Position numbers and translations under genes: made by a program. A stretch of DNA of 64,000 bases from the human T2T-CHM13v2.0 reference genome, Homo sapiens: the NCBI RefSeq assembly GCF_009914755.1, contig NC_060941.1. One strand, given 5' to 3'. The notes beneath the pieces were generated by a model. It was not told the DNA's origin. It saw only the letters and a list, made by a program, of their open reading frames with translations, and searched no databases. Positions 49,706-61,868 of the stretch are shown in pieces. Position 1 is the stretch's first letter. Each line of letters begins with the position of its first letter.

Positions 49706-50538
49706 CACAGAGTCTAGTGACCACCTTGCTCCATCGCCTCCCTGTGCCACTCAGATTGCCGCAGGGTGTGGCATCCCACACGTGTACACACTCAGCACGT
49801 CCAGCCGAAGCCCTGTGGTGGGCATCAGTTTCCCACAGTTCGCAGGTGCAGAGCAGGGCTTGGCCATCCTGAGACCGCAGGCTTTCTGTGGCTTTCAGCT
49901 CTTCCACATGCCAGACGGGCTCTCCAGTTTGGAGTTCTAGAAGTCACCTATGGAGTCAGATGGGCCACACCTCCTCAGTTTACTGAATGCTGTTGCAGAG
50001 AGGCTGGGCCAGGGTGCCACCCTCGCTGGACCTGGGGGCTGCATTCCCAGGGCTGTGTTTGTGCGGGTGTGTCTCTTGGCAAGATGGGAAAAGGCCCTGA
50101 CATTTGTGCCTTCCTAAGCTTGGCCTTGCAGCCATCACTCTGAGGAGGGGGCCGAGGGCAGGGGGTCTCCCAGGAGGCTGCTCCATCTTTCTTCCAGTGG
50201 CCACTCCAATCTTGGTGCCATCCGTGGCTTAGCGTGACACTGGGGCTGCGAGGCAGGAGCAACTGCTCTGCCCGGGCTCTGGGGCCTTGCAGTTGGGTCT
50301 GGTGGGGCCGGCAGCTCCCACCAGGTTGAGGACAGCCCGGGCCACCTTGCCCTTGAGGCTGAGCACACAGTGGGAGCGGGCTGCGGTCTTTGTCTCCCTG
50401 GAGCACTGTCTCTGTTGCTCCAGAGACAGCCGCGCAGCCATGCTGGGGAGCTAGAGGGACTTGTGCATGGATGGTGGTCGGTGGGGGATGGGGAGCCTCT
50501 GGGCTGAGCGTGGCTCTTACCTGGGGCCTCTCTTCCAG

Positions 50539-50607
50539 GCGGGGCTGGTTTCCCTTCTCCTACACCCGGGTCTTGGACAGCGATGGCAGTGACAGGCTGC
50601 ACATGAG
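50539..50607 (+). CDS. BAIAP2: BAIAP2 coding exon 11: end of SH3, (M)RGWFPFSYTRVLDSDGSDRLHM(S)
   Basis: ttccag acceptor, gtgagc donor; 69 nt; SH3 GWFPxSY motif. Confidence 0.97.
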
Positions 50608-51205
50608 GTGAGCTCTGGGCCCAACGGGAGTGTAAGATCCCCAGCTCGGGAGAGGGGCTGTGATGACACCAGGTCCCTGGGCTTGGATTGCTCGGCTGGG
50701 CTTCCGGCTCCTTGTCTGCTACCGCAGGGCCATCCCCAGTGGCCCTGAGAGCTGGACGCTTGAGGCCTTCAGGGTGGAGGCATGGTGGTGCCCTGTGCAG
50801 TGGGGCCCGAGAGCCCTGGGGACACCAGAGCAGGCAGCAGGTGCTATGGGGGCAGCTCCTGGGGGCCAGGTGTGCAAGGACCTGGCTGTCCCAGGTCCTC
50901 CAGGTTCTCCCAGCCTTCAGAGAATCGCAGCTGAAAGCGGGGTACATGGCTACTGGGAGGGTCAGGGGTTGCTGTGGCAGCCCAGCCCCTCTGGAGTCCT
51001 CCCGGCTTAGCTTCATGGCCAGGAGGAGGAAGGGAGGCCAGACTGGCCCGGCCCATGGTCCCCAGGGCTGCCGCCTTGGCCTGAGAGCAGCCTCCCCGCA
51101 TGTGGCGTGGGCTAGGTGAGGGCGGGCAGTCCAGGGAGCCACAGGGTTGTGGGGTGTTGGGGGCATCCGGCCTGCTGGGCCGCCTCTGAGTCCCTGTCCC
51201 TACAG

Positions 51206-51368
51206 CCTGCAGCAAGGGAAGAGCAGCAGCACGGGCAACCTCCTGGACAAGGACGACCTGGCCATCCCACCCCCCGATTACGGCGCCGCCTCCCGGGCCT
51301 TCCCCGCCCAGACGGCCAGCGGCTTCAAGCAGAGGCCCTACAGTGTGGCCGTGCCCGCCTTCTCCCAG
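51206..51368 (+). CDS. BAIAP2: BAIAP2 coding exon 12: LQQGKSSSTGNLLDKDDLAIPPPDYGAAS...PAFSQ (WW-binding PPPDY)
   Basis: ctacag acceptor, gtcagt donor; 163 nt. Confidence 0.97.
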
Positions 51369-52935
51369 GTCAGTGGGCGGGGCCGGGGCTGGGAGGGGCC
51401 CGCAGGTGGAACAGTGGGCTCAGCCTGCAGTCCCCCGTTGGAGCCTCCGCTGAGGGGCGGGGCGCCTGGGGGTCTGGGTCTTTGGACAGCCCTGGGGTGA
51501 AGGCTGCATGATTTGGGAATGTGTACACACCCCTGCTTCGGCCTCAGGCTGCCCGCCTCGCCGCAGCAGGCTCCCTGTGTCGGCATGCTGGGGCTGGGGT
51601 CAGCCTGTCCCTCATGGTGCCCTCAGCCAGCCACGGGCAACTCACTGCTCTGTCCAAGGGGGCAGCGTCTGGGCTGGGAAGTGGCTGGCCTAGAGGTGGG
51701 CCTGGACGCCGCCGCCTTTTGGGAGAGCCAGGGGGGCAGGATCTCTTCCGTGAGAACCACGGGGCTCCCTCAGTCACATCCATGAGATGGGAGTGCTTGC
51801 TGCTCAGCCCTGGCATGTGGCTGGACCCCTTCCAGTCAGTGTGACCCTGGATTTGGGCCATCTGGTGCCGGGAGGCCAGAGGTGGAGGATCAGGGCCTGG
51901 GTCCTAGGCCCTGGTGTGGGTTCTCGGAAACCCGGGATCATGGCGGTCCTGGTATCTAGGCTGGGGCAGGGTGTGAGCGTGCATCTCAACTTGCCGGGTT
52001 CCAGCCCGCTCCGTCCAGGGAGGCTCCTGGGGTTGGAGAGTTGGAGACCCCTGTCTGTCTGGGGCTCCTCAGCCAGAGGTCCAGTTTGTGGGATATTGGC
52101 TGGGCTAGCAGCTTTGTTCCCGGGGCCGGTCTCCAGGGCTGGGCCTCAGGCAGTGAGTAGAGAGAAGAAGAGAACCCACCTTTTTCCGAGATAACAGGTA
52201 GCCTGGGTGACTACTCAGCTATTGACCCACAAGTGAGGAGTCCCTAGATTGACAGCCTGAGCTGAGGCCGCAGGAGGCAACCTGGAGAGGTTTGGGCTCT
52301 GGGCCGTGGGTGTTCCACAGGTCAGCCTCTGGGGTGGGCTCAGTGCTGGGAGAGCCAAGGAGGGGTCTGCATCTGCCCTAGGCCGCGGGCCAGGCCATGC
52401 TGGCAGATGAAGGGCACAGCCAGCCCCAGCGCCACACCTGGGCGCTCCTCCCAGGCAGTGTCACCCTCCCAGGGGCCGGGATGGTACATGTGACAAGTTT
52501 CCAGGAAACTGCAGCTGGGGTCTGGGTCTGGTCCTGGGTCCTACAAGCAGGCGGAGGAGTCCCAGGGGCCCGCCCAGGCATGGGTGAGGTGCTGCAGGTG
52601 CCCTGCGGGGGCCTCGGCTCCCTGGGGGCAGGAGGAGGGGTCTCAGGCGGCCAGTCTTGCATCTGTTTGGGAGTGTGCAACAAGCACACAAATTGAGGTG
52701 GCCGCTGGCTGGAGGAGGTATCCCCTTTAATTTGGGCAGTCATTACTTTACCACTGGGACCAGGGCTCCAGGCAGGTCTCTGAGTGCTGCAGCCAGGAGA
52801 TGGGGAGCCTTCCAAAGGAACACGGTTTGAACCTTGTCCAGGCAGGATCACCATTTGTGGGTGTGTACAGGCAGCGGGTGGGGGTGACCACAGGCCCCGT
52901 CACCCGGCCTGACATGTTTCTGCCTCTGCCCCCAG

Positions 52936-52970
52936 GGCCTGGATGACTATGGAGCGCGGTCCATGAGCAG
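52936..52970 (+). CDS. BAIAP2: BAIAP2 coding exon 13 (last shared exon): GLDDYGARSMS plus AG of a split codon
   Basis: ccccag acceptor, gtaagg donor; 35 nt. Confidence 0.96.
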
Positions 52971-53428
52971 GTAAGGGGACTTTCAGACCTGTCTTTGGGA
53001 CCGTGGGTGGGTGTGAAGAGGCCGGGTGGGGCAGGTCCCTCTGCTAGGACCTGGGGCCACCTCTTTTCCTTTAGGGCCCAGCCTGGCCCTTCACCCCTGT
53101 CAGAGCCGGGGATGTCCCTTAGGGCGTCCTGCTTTCTCCGAGTGACACGGGAACCCCCCTGGGCCCTGCCCCTCTTTCATCGCATCTGGCCGGCCCCATC
53201 CATCCCTGTCAGGCAAGGTTGGGGAGGGTAGCTGAGGCTGGCATCCATGGCTGGGGCTGCAGCCTCCTCTGCCCCAATCTGTGCTCCGCCCTTGTCCTGG
53301 GTCTTCCTGGAGGGTCAGGAGGCCAACGGGAGCTGCTGAAAGGGGCATTGCTCGGTGCTGGCGGACTCGCCGCCTGTGGCTGGGCAGCGTCGTGCAGCCA
53401 GGCAGCCGTCCTGTGCTTTGTTTCACAG

Positions 53429-53459
53429 TGGCAGCGGCACGCTGGTGTCCACAGTGTGA
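53429..53459 (+). CDS. BAIAP2: BAIAP2 alternative terminal exon, coding part: (S)GSGTLVSTV* with class I PDZ-binding motif (521-aa form)
   Basis: ttcacag acceptor; T GGC AGC GGC ACG CTG GTG TCC ACA GTG TGA. Confidence 0.95.
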
Positions 53460-54951
53460 GGACGCTGACCCCGGGCAGCCGCTGCTCTGAAGAGCTTCCG
53501 CGCCTTCCCCCTGGTCTCGTCCGTTTTCCTCCTCAGCTCTCGCTGGTTTGTTCTTGGGTTGTTTTTCTTTTCCACCTGCCCCATGCCTTTTGGTTGGTGA
53601 CCCCAGACTCTGTGATCCCCCAGGGTCCATGGTGCTGCTCCATCCGCCCCCCCTCCCCTGTGTTTACGCGCCCCATCCTGTGTGTCCCAGCCTTTTGAGC
53701 AGAAACTGCCAGGCAGGACCTGCTGGGCCGTGCGGGGCACCCTCGGCCTCACCCTGCAGTGTCTGTGGCACTCACTGCTTTTCTAAGGCTCGCCGTGAGC
53801 CAGGTCTAAAGTTTGAAGAAAAAGAAAAATCTTAAAAAAAAAAAAAAAAAAAAAAGAAAAAAAGAAAAACAGGAAAAAGGACTTTTTTTTTCCTGAAAAA
53901 CAAAAACCGATCTGCATGGACTCCGGTGTGCGCTGTTATCTCGCATCCGACTTCCCCGGTGCGATGGCCTCTGTCCGGACAGGGAAGGTGCTGGGGTCCC
54001 TGGCCGCCCCGGCCCCTGTGGAGGGGTGCACAGAGAAAGGGGGCTCGTGCCAAGCTCGAGGGGCCTCCTGAGGAAGCCGGCCGCTCCTGTGAGGGAGGCC
54101 GGGCCCGGGCACCTGAGGGCTTCTCCCTCTGGACACTGCGGGCCAGGTGTACATAGAGCAGCGCGGCACAGTGGCCTCACCTCCCGTCGGGCACTGGCGG
54201 GAGCAAGGTCGGGGGCAGGCGCTGCCCAGCTGGCCGCACACGGACATTCCAAAGACCTCCAGAGACCACCCCACCCCCACATTCCTTTGACCAGCCTTGT
54301 GAGGGCATCGATGCTGCCCCGGGCTACCTGGCTGCTCTGGGCAGGGTGTGCGGGCCGGGCCCGGCTGGGGGAGGGCAGCTCTGGGCACGCCGCACCCACG
54401 CCCCCCACCTGGGGGAAACAGGCGGTTCCTGCCCGGTTCTTCCTAAACGCTCTCGTCTTTTTGTGTGTCTTGGTGACTTTAGAAACAAACACAGTGGACT
54501 CAGTGGCTACTGGTATTGTCTCTTCCCACACTGAACTCTGGGGAATTGAGTGCAGGGCACAGCCCGGCTCAGCCTGCCCGCTGGTGGGAGCCCCTGGGAA
54601 GCTGCGGCGCTCCTTTATCTGATGTGGTTTAGTAAAAGCCTCCCACACACCTCCCCGTGGCCTGGGACGTGGCTGGTAGTGTTTGTGTGGGAAGCAGCTC
54701 AAGACGCGGACCGCGTGACATTAAGGAGAGCTCAAGGGCGGACCGGGCCCTGTGTAGAGACCCTTCCGCGCCGGCGTTCCCGCTCCGCTAAAGATTTCAA
54801 ATCCAGGGGATTCCATGCTCAATGGATGAATGTAGACACAAAACAGCAACACTTGTATGAAGATGTAAAGTGCTGAACATATTTTTTTCCTGTTTCCTTT
54901 CCTTTTTTTTAAAAAATCTGAATTGTGCCCTGTACTGCAGTTACTTGTTTG

Positions 54952-54957
54952 AATAAA
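54952..54957 (+). terminator. BAIAP2: Poly(A) signal AATAAA for the proximal (VSTV) terminal exon
   Basis: AATAAA in an AT-rich block about 1.5 kb after the stop, with upstream TGTA elements and U/GU-rich downstream sequence. Confidence 0.75.
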
Positions 54958-55373
54958 AGTTTTATTTATTGCACGAGTTGGGTATGGACCTCCTTCCGGT
55001 TCCCGGCGTGCGTCTTTGCCGTGGGGGCCCCGCCTTGTGCCCACCTCTGCCAGGTATTTTCTCGGCACTCAGTCGCCTGCTAGATAACCTGGGCTTGCAC
55101 ACGGTGCTGGCCCCAGTGACAGTCGCTCACTCTGCCCGGGCTCTGCGGGGGGCCGTCTGCAGCTGAGGCAGGCTCCTGGCTCCCTCCAGGCCCGCAAGTG
55201 AGGCAGGCTCCGCAGGCGCCGTCCAGGGAGAGCCAGAGCCCCAGCTGTGTGCCGACTCCGAGTGCTCCAGGGTTCTAGGTCTCCTGGCAGCTCGCCCGTG
55301 GTCCCCCCTCCTCTGCACCCCCGAGTCCTCAGACCCCATGCTGCCTCCAACTGAGCCTTGTGTTTCCTTGCAG

Positions 55374-55401
55374 CGCCGATGTGGAAGTGGCCAGATTCTG
55401 A
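55374..55401 (+). CDS. BAIAP2: BAIAP2 alternative cassette exon, coding part: (S)ADVEVARF* (520-aa form); exon probably extends to 55419
   Basis: ttgcag acceptor; C GCC GAT GTG GAA GTG GCC AGA TTC TGA; gtaagt donor at 55420. Confidence 0.92.
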
Positions 55402-57228
55402 GCCGCCTGACTAGAGTTAGTAAGTTGCCTGGCGTTCTCGTGCAGTCACTGGCCTCTCCAGTGGTTCTCCACGGGCCCTCTGGCCTCAGTCACGCAGCCT
55501 GGGTGGGGAGGGCCCGGCTGCATGGCGGGGCCAGGGGTCCACTGAGCCTGCCTCTCACTCTGGGTGCTGGGCCTTCTCTACTGGGTCCCCTCCTTGGGTT
55601 CATGGTATCTTTCTCCCCTCCCGGAAGCTTGTGGGCTCTGGCTGGCTGTGCCCGGGGCTCCTCTCACTGCTGGGTGTGGCTCTGGCCCTGACCTTCTGTG
55701 TGGTCCTCTCCTGCCCTGCTGGGCGCTTCAATTATAGTCAAAGGGTGACCCCGGCAAGCAGCTGCAGCCCGGGCCTTTCCCGCCTGACTCGCAGCGCCAG
55801 CTTGGGCTCCTTCGGGTGTGTGTGCCTTTGGGGCTGACAGCCTTGTGGGGACTGGAGGTCAGGGTCCTGGGGAGAACCCTGGGGAGCTCCATAGGCACTG
55901 GAGCCAGGTGTTGGGCCCACTGGGGACCGGGCTGTGCTGTTAGTCTGACCTTGCCTCTTCTGTCCCCCAAGCCCCACAACGTGGACCCAAGACAGTGGCT
56001 CCATCCCTAGTGTGGATCTGCAGACCTGGAGGGCTGCTGGGTCCAGGTTTGAGCTGACGCTCACTCCGGGGACCACAGGGCCATTATGGGTCCAATTCCA
56101 GTGGGACTCTGGAGTCCGGGTCTGAGTCCATTTCCTCACGGGTTGAGTGGGCCACTCCCCTGGTGCCTGGTGTATATTTGGGATGTGCCAGGGTGTCCAG
56201 GAGCAGGCCCTCTGCCCTCATAGGGGGCCCTTGCCCACACCTTCCAATCGCCTACACCTGTGTCTGGGCGGGTCCTGCTTCCCACCACCCTTCCATCCCC
56301 AAGTTGCTAGGAGGGCGGCTCTGCAAAGCCAGTGCCTGCATCCTTCACAAAGGACGTTGGTCCCTGTGTCTCCCTGGTGGTCACAGCAGGCATCCTGGCC
56401 CACGGGCAGCCAGGCCACAGGCAGATCATGGATCTGTCTTCTTTCACTGCCTTTCTGTTGTTGATTTTCGGCAACAAATTCTGGAAGATTAGGTAGAAAA
56501 ATGCTCCTGAACTTTGGGGACTGGATGGAGATGCTCTGGGTTGGCCCTGGCCACCACCTTGCCTTCCGCCTCCATCTTCCTCCCTTCCGAGACGCTGTTT
56601 CTGGGAGGCCTCCAGACCCCCCCACTCCCCCAGGTCCCTCTGAGCTGAGGGGGCTGAACTGCCCTTACCTGGTGAGGCTTGGAAGGGGTGAAGGCTCAAA
56701 GATGAGGCTGGCACAGCCTCTGTCAGGGACCACGTCCCTTGGAGGGCAGAGACCCTGGGTAGCAGTGCCGGTGGGGCAGTGGTGCTCAGCCCCAGCACCA
56801 CTCCACAGTGCCAGGGGCCAGTTTCCCGGCCACGCAGTCTGCCTGGTCTGACAACTCAGCTGGGATTGGGGGTGTCGAAAGCCACTTGCAGTTGGCCAAG
56901 AGACTCCCCAATCCCATTGCCACCCTGTCATGCCCCAGCTTTGGGCCCTGGGAAGGGGGCCTTGGAATGAGAGTGGAGGGGCGAGCGTCCCTGGCCGCTG
57001 TCCATACTCGTCAGCGGAGGCCCAAGCGCCCACGCTGGACCCGATTCCAGAAGGGCCCACCTTCTGAAGACACGAAGAAACAGCTGACGCGAGAAGACAG
57101 AAAACAGGTGCTGTCCGCCCGGCTCTGGGTCTGGAGTCACCCAACTGGTCGAAATGCATTTGTGACGGCTCCGTTTCTTCTCGGAATCCTTCTGCTTCAC
57201 ATTCAAGTCATTGGTGAAGCTGCCGCTT

Positions 57229-57530
57229 GGCCGAGCGCCGTGGCCCACACCTGTAATCCCAGCACTTAGGGAGGCTGAGGCGAGAGGATCTCTTGAGCCC
57301 AGGGGTTCGAGATCAGCCTGGGCAACCTAGGGAGACCCCCATCTTGACAAAAAAAAAAGTTAAAAATTAGCCAGGCATGGTGGCACGCGTCTGTAGTCCC
57401 AGCTTCTCAGGAGGCTGAGGTGGGAGGATTGCTTGAGCCCAGAGGTGGAGGTTGCAGTGAGCTACAATTGCACCACTGCATTCCAGCCCGGAAGACAGAG
57501 CAAGACCCTGTCTCAAAATAATAATACAAT
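57229..57530 (+). mobile_element. Alu (AluJ-like), sense
   Basis: ggccgagcgccgtggcccacacctgtaatcccagc...caagaccctgtctcaaaa. Confidence 0.9.
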
Positions 57531-58333
57531 TTAAAAATTAGAAAAGCCACCGGTCTCCCCTGCGGCCTTGCTTAGGGGCCTCTGAGGGGAGGCTCTCTGT
57601 GAGGAGACAGAGCCCAGGCCTCTGCATTCTGAGGCCAGCGCCCTGCCCGCCCAACAGCTCCCCCACACATGACGCAGGCCCTCCTCAGGGTCCTCCGCTC
57701 TTGGACACGTCTGGTGACTTTCCTTTGCTGGCTGGAGAGGTGCTGGTGGTGTCATTGGGTAGTTCGTGGCAATCGCTGCCCAGGGCCATGTCCTGCAGGA
57801 GGTGGGGCCTGGCACGTGTCCTCCGGCAGGGACCAATGTCTGTGGCTAACGTGTGGTGACCTTGCAGTGGCCTTGGGCTGCAGACTTTGTCATATTCTAT
57901 TGGCTCAGTTAGGCCCCCACTCAGCACAGCGAGCTCCCCGCCGGCCTCCTGGGCGCGTCTTTCCCAGACAGCTGGGGGGTGGGGGCCAGGGTGGGGAAAT
58001 AGGGACGCCCAGCCCCTCCTTGTGGGCCTGCTGTCCCAGCCAGCCTTGGGCTCTGGCCTGCGCTCTCCCCATCCCCGCCGACCCCCCTGCCCCCGTCAGG
58101 CTGAGATTGGACACAGCATTTGCAGCCCCAGCCCCAGGGTCCTCAGAGCCACCCAGTGTGGATGGTTCAGCACGCTCCACCTGGTCCCACTGTTCTCGGA
58201 GACAAGAAGAGAAAAATGCAGGTTAGAGAACAGGCCTGCACCAGTGGAGGGCTTCCTACCCCTGCAGCTCCCCGTGGGGTCCAGGCAAGCGATGTGCCTT
58301 TGCCACTGACTTTCTGATGAGAATCGGCTGTGA

Positions 58334-58732
<399 letters not shown>

Positions 58733-59172
58733 AGCCCCATTTCTAATCTCCCCAGAGCTCCCTCCGGACCCTGGGCCTGCGGAGGAACTCGGGCCACAGA
58801 GCACTTCCTTAGGAGTGGGTCTAGCCTGGCAGGCAGACAGGGCATGGGCAGACATCAGTGATGGAGGTGGAATCCTCACCAGCGGGCCCCTAGGCAGCCC
58901 CTACCCAGGCCCCAGGAAGGGCAAAGCTGCACCGATCAAAGCTGAAAAAAGCCGGGGATCCAGCAGACCCTGAGGCTCCAGCACGTTGAGAGTAGATCAA
59001 AAGATCCTTTCAGCAGGGTGCCAATGCTTAGACGCCATCTGGGAGTCTGGGAGCCTTCCGCAGACCTGTCAGTCTCTTCCACGTACTTTATTCTCTTAAA
59101 AACTCAGTCTGTAGTGTTTCAAGTTCTTAGAAAACACAAAGTCCTCAGGAAAGCTTAGGGAGCTGCCTCTGC

Positions 59173-59307
59173 CCTGTGCCTCTTCCTGGGCAGCTGGACG
59201 GAACCCTGCCTGCCCACCCCAGGGTTTGCTTCCGGCTGCCTGTGCCTCTTCCCGGGTAGCTGGACGGAGTCTGCCTGCCCGTCCCCAGGGTTGTTCCCGG
59301 CTGCCCG
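59173..59307. repeat. ~66-bp tandem duplication
   Basis: cctgtgcctcttcc...agctggacgga...ctgcctgccc...ccagggtt at 59173 and 59239. Confidence 0.85.
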
Positions 59308-60228
59308 GGCTCTTGTGGACCCAGCTGTGCCAGAGGTGATTCTGCTCCAGGTAATGGCTCCAGAGTCCAAGCACAGCTTTGCCAGAGCACAGTCCCGTCC
59401 CTGCTGCGTCTTCATGTCCACGTGCCATCTGTGCTGTCACCCTTGGAGCTGCCTGACATCCCCCATCCTGTCCTGTGCTGTCCCCTCCGGGGGTGGGGAC
59501 TCCAAAGAGAAAGGCTCAGGCATCCCTCTCATCCGTGCTCATCTTGTTCCATTTCAACTTCTTGTCTTGAGTCGTATTTGTGCATCAGCTGTGGCCCCGG
59601 GGATATGGGGGAGGGCGCGGCACCCCTCGGGGGACAGGTGGCTGAGCCCACAGCAGGTGAACCACTGTCTGGCCCAGGGGATGGCCAGCTGCTCTGCAGG
59701 GCCCATGGGTGTCCATCTGCAGCCCTGCGGGAGCCGTGAGCCTAACCTGCCTTCTCTGGATGCCCCCATGCCAGGGCTGGGCTGGACGCTCTGCCACGCT
59801 GTGTCCCTGGGTGTGGGCCTGGCCTGGTGGGGGAGCCACCAAACTGGTGTGTGCCCGGTTCAGGCCTGTCTTGAATCCCCAGCCTCAGTGGTGATGTCCG
59901 CCCCTCACTGGGAGGTTGTGGCTGGCCTGCCCCGCCCCACCCCGCCCTGCCCTGCCCAGCCCACACTGCTGGGAGGGTGATGGATCGGGGTGGGGGCACC
60001 CTGCCTTGTCTAGGGCACATAGTGGACTTGGGGGTCAGGCAGCCTTGCAGACAGCGCCTGGTCCTCCCTGCCCCGCAAAGCAGCGTCTATTGTCTGTGAG
60101 CTCTGTGCCCTGAGATCGGACCGTAGGCATCCAGCACTGGGGAATCCCTGGGGCATCGGGCAGCCCAGGTGGCACAATTCACCCATGGCTTCCGCCCTAA
60201 AAATTAAAACCACGTTTTTCTCTTTCAG

Positions 60229-60298
60229 GAATCCCTTTGCCCACGTCCAGCTGAAGCCGACAGTGACCAACGACAGGTCTGCCCCCCTCCTCAGCTGA
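60229..60298 (+). CDS. BAIAP2: BAIAP2 distal exon: (R)NPFAHVQLKPTVTNDRSAPLLS* (WH2-like, 534-aa form); internal donor at 60277 used for the 552-aa form
   Basis: tttcag acceptor; WH2-like LKPTVTNDRS motif; stop at 60296-60298. Confidence 0.95.
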
Positions 60299-60663
60299 TG
60301 GCCACATCTGCAGTGCTGCCCATCTGGTGGCTTCCCCCGCCCTTCCCATGTAGCCTGTTCTGTCATCATCTGTGCGTTCCTGTGTAGAGAACATCCAGGC
60401 CCCGGCTGCCTGGTCTTGCCCCACTTGAGTCTGGCCTGGACTGGATCCCAGCTGTTCTAGGCAGGGCCGGGCAGAGTGGGGCGCAGGCCCCTGAAGGGCG
60501 AGACCCAGTGGCTGGGCTGCCCAGGGCTGAGGGGCCGCCTCTTGAGGGTACACGCCTCTGGTCACATGGCCATGGAGCCTTGGGTACCCCTGAGTTAAGG
60601 GAGGACATTTGGCCAGCTGGTGGCTGGGAGGGGAGCCTGGCTGCCCTGCTGCTTCTCCTGCCT

Positions 60664-60669
60664 AATAAA
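60664..60669 (+). terminator. BAIAP2: Candidate poly(A) signal AATAAA within the 412-nt alternative intron/3' UTR
   Basis: cctAATAAAcagg, followed about 20 nt later by GU-rich gtgtgatctgt. Confidence 0.5.
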
Positions 60670-60688
60670 CAGGCTTCTCCTGCACCAG

Positions 60689-60764
60689 GTGTGATCTGTC
60701 CGCCCAAGGGCCAGAAGGCCGGGAGCACGGGGATGGGAGCGCCCGCACCCTGGCTGGAAGATGA
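60689..60764 (+). CDS. BAIAP2: BAIAP2 last coding segment of the 552-aa form: (R)CDLSAQGPEGREHGDGSARTLAGR*
   Basis: caccag acceptor, in phase with the AG|gtctgc donor at 60277; matches the recalled long-isoform C-terminus. Confidence 0.9.
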
Positions 60765-61862
60765 ACTTCCCGTAAGCACGTAATTCCCTGCAGGTCCGGC
60801 AGCTACACCTGGAGTGTGGGGCCTGGTCCCTCCCCATGCCCCTCGGTGGGGCTCTCTTGGGCCCCTCACTCCCACTGGCAATGTCACAAGGGCCTCCCCA
60901 GGCCCCTCCTGCCTCGGGCAGGCCCCAGCCCTCCTCCTTACCCAACCTCCCATCCAGAACCTTGCTGCCAGGGCCTCCCAGCTCGCTCCTGCGGCCAAAG
61001 GCCAGCTGTCAGGTGCTATGCGGGGTCACCAGCAGAGTGCCCGCTGGCAGGTGGGGGCTTCCCCGCTTCCGGGGTCTGCCCCAGGACTCCTGGGTGGACC
61101 TCCCCCACCCACCTCCGCTGACTCCTGCAGGCACTGGGGAGCTCTGCTGGAATTGGGGGTTTTAAAACTTCATTAGCAGATTTGTGCTCTTCCATACTGT
61201 TTGTTTGTTTGTTAGGTGAAATACAGTGTGGTGAGCTGCACTGGTGACAACAGCCCTTACCTGGCTGGGGAGGTGTCTCCAGCAGAGCTCACTCCCGCCT
61301 ACAGCCACTCACACCCCGGGGACAGGAAGCTGTAGAGTTGGCGGGCCAGGAGGGCAGTTGAGAGCTGGCCAGCGGAGGGTGCAGGGAAGCCCAGCTGTGC
61401 TCAACTCTCCTGCCTCCGCCTTCCACCCTGGGCCCAGGGACAGACAGACATTGCCCTCAGAAGGGCAGGGAGGAGGCTGTCCTGGAGAGGCCTGTAGGTC
61501 CATTCTTCACCCGTCCCTACCAGGCCAACTCGGCCTGCAGGAAGGGAGACCTGCAGGGCGCTACCCCTGCGCCCCCACACACAGTAGGGCCAGAACACCA
61601 TCCCCTCCACCGGGGTGTGCCGAGGACAGTGGGGAGGAGAGGAGAGGGGCAGCTTCCTCCTGGCCCCAGGAAGGGCTGGCATCGGGTTCCTGGCACAGCC
61701 CCTCCTGTCCAGGACTTTATCATCGGCAGACCTCAGAAGACAACACACAAAGGTTTCTTTTTTCTTAGCTTCATTTCTCTTAAAAAACAAGGAACAAGAA
61801 AACATTGCACCAGCGTTCTAAGCCTCAAACAAAACACAAAACAAATCCCCCTGCGAAGCAAC

Positions 61863-61868
61863 AATAAA
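61863..61868 (+). terminator. BAIAP2: Distal BAIAP2 poly(A) signal AATAAA
   Basis: First canonical hexamer after the 60764 stop, in an AT-rich block. Confidence 0.7.

Noticed and set aside
47813-51166. Long antisense ORFs (321 aa and 343 aa)
   Set aside because: Antisense shadows of GC3-rich exons and GC-rich introns, with no independent gene signals.
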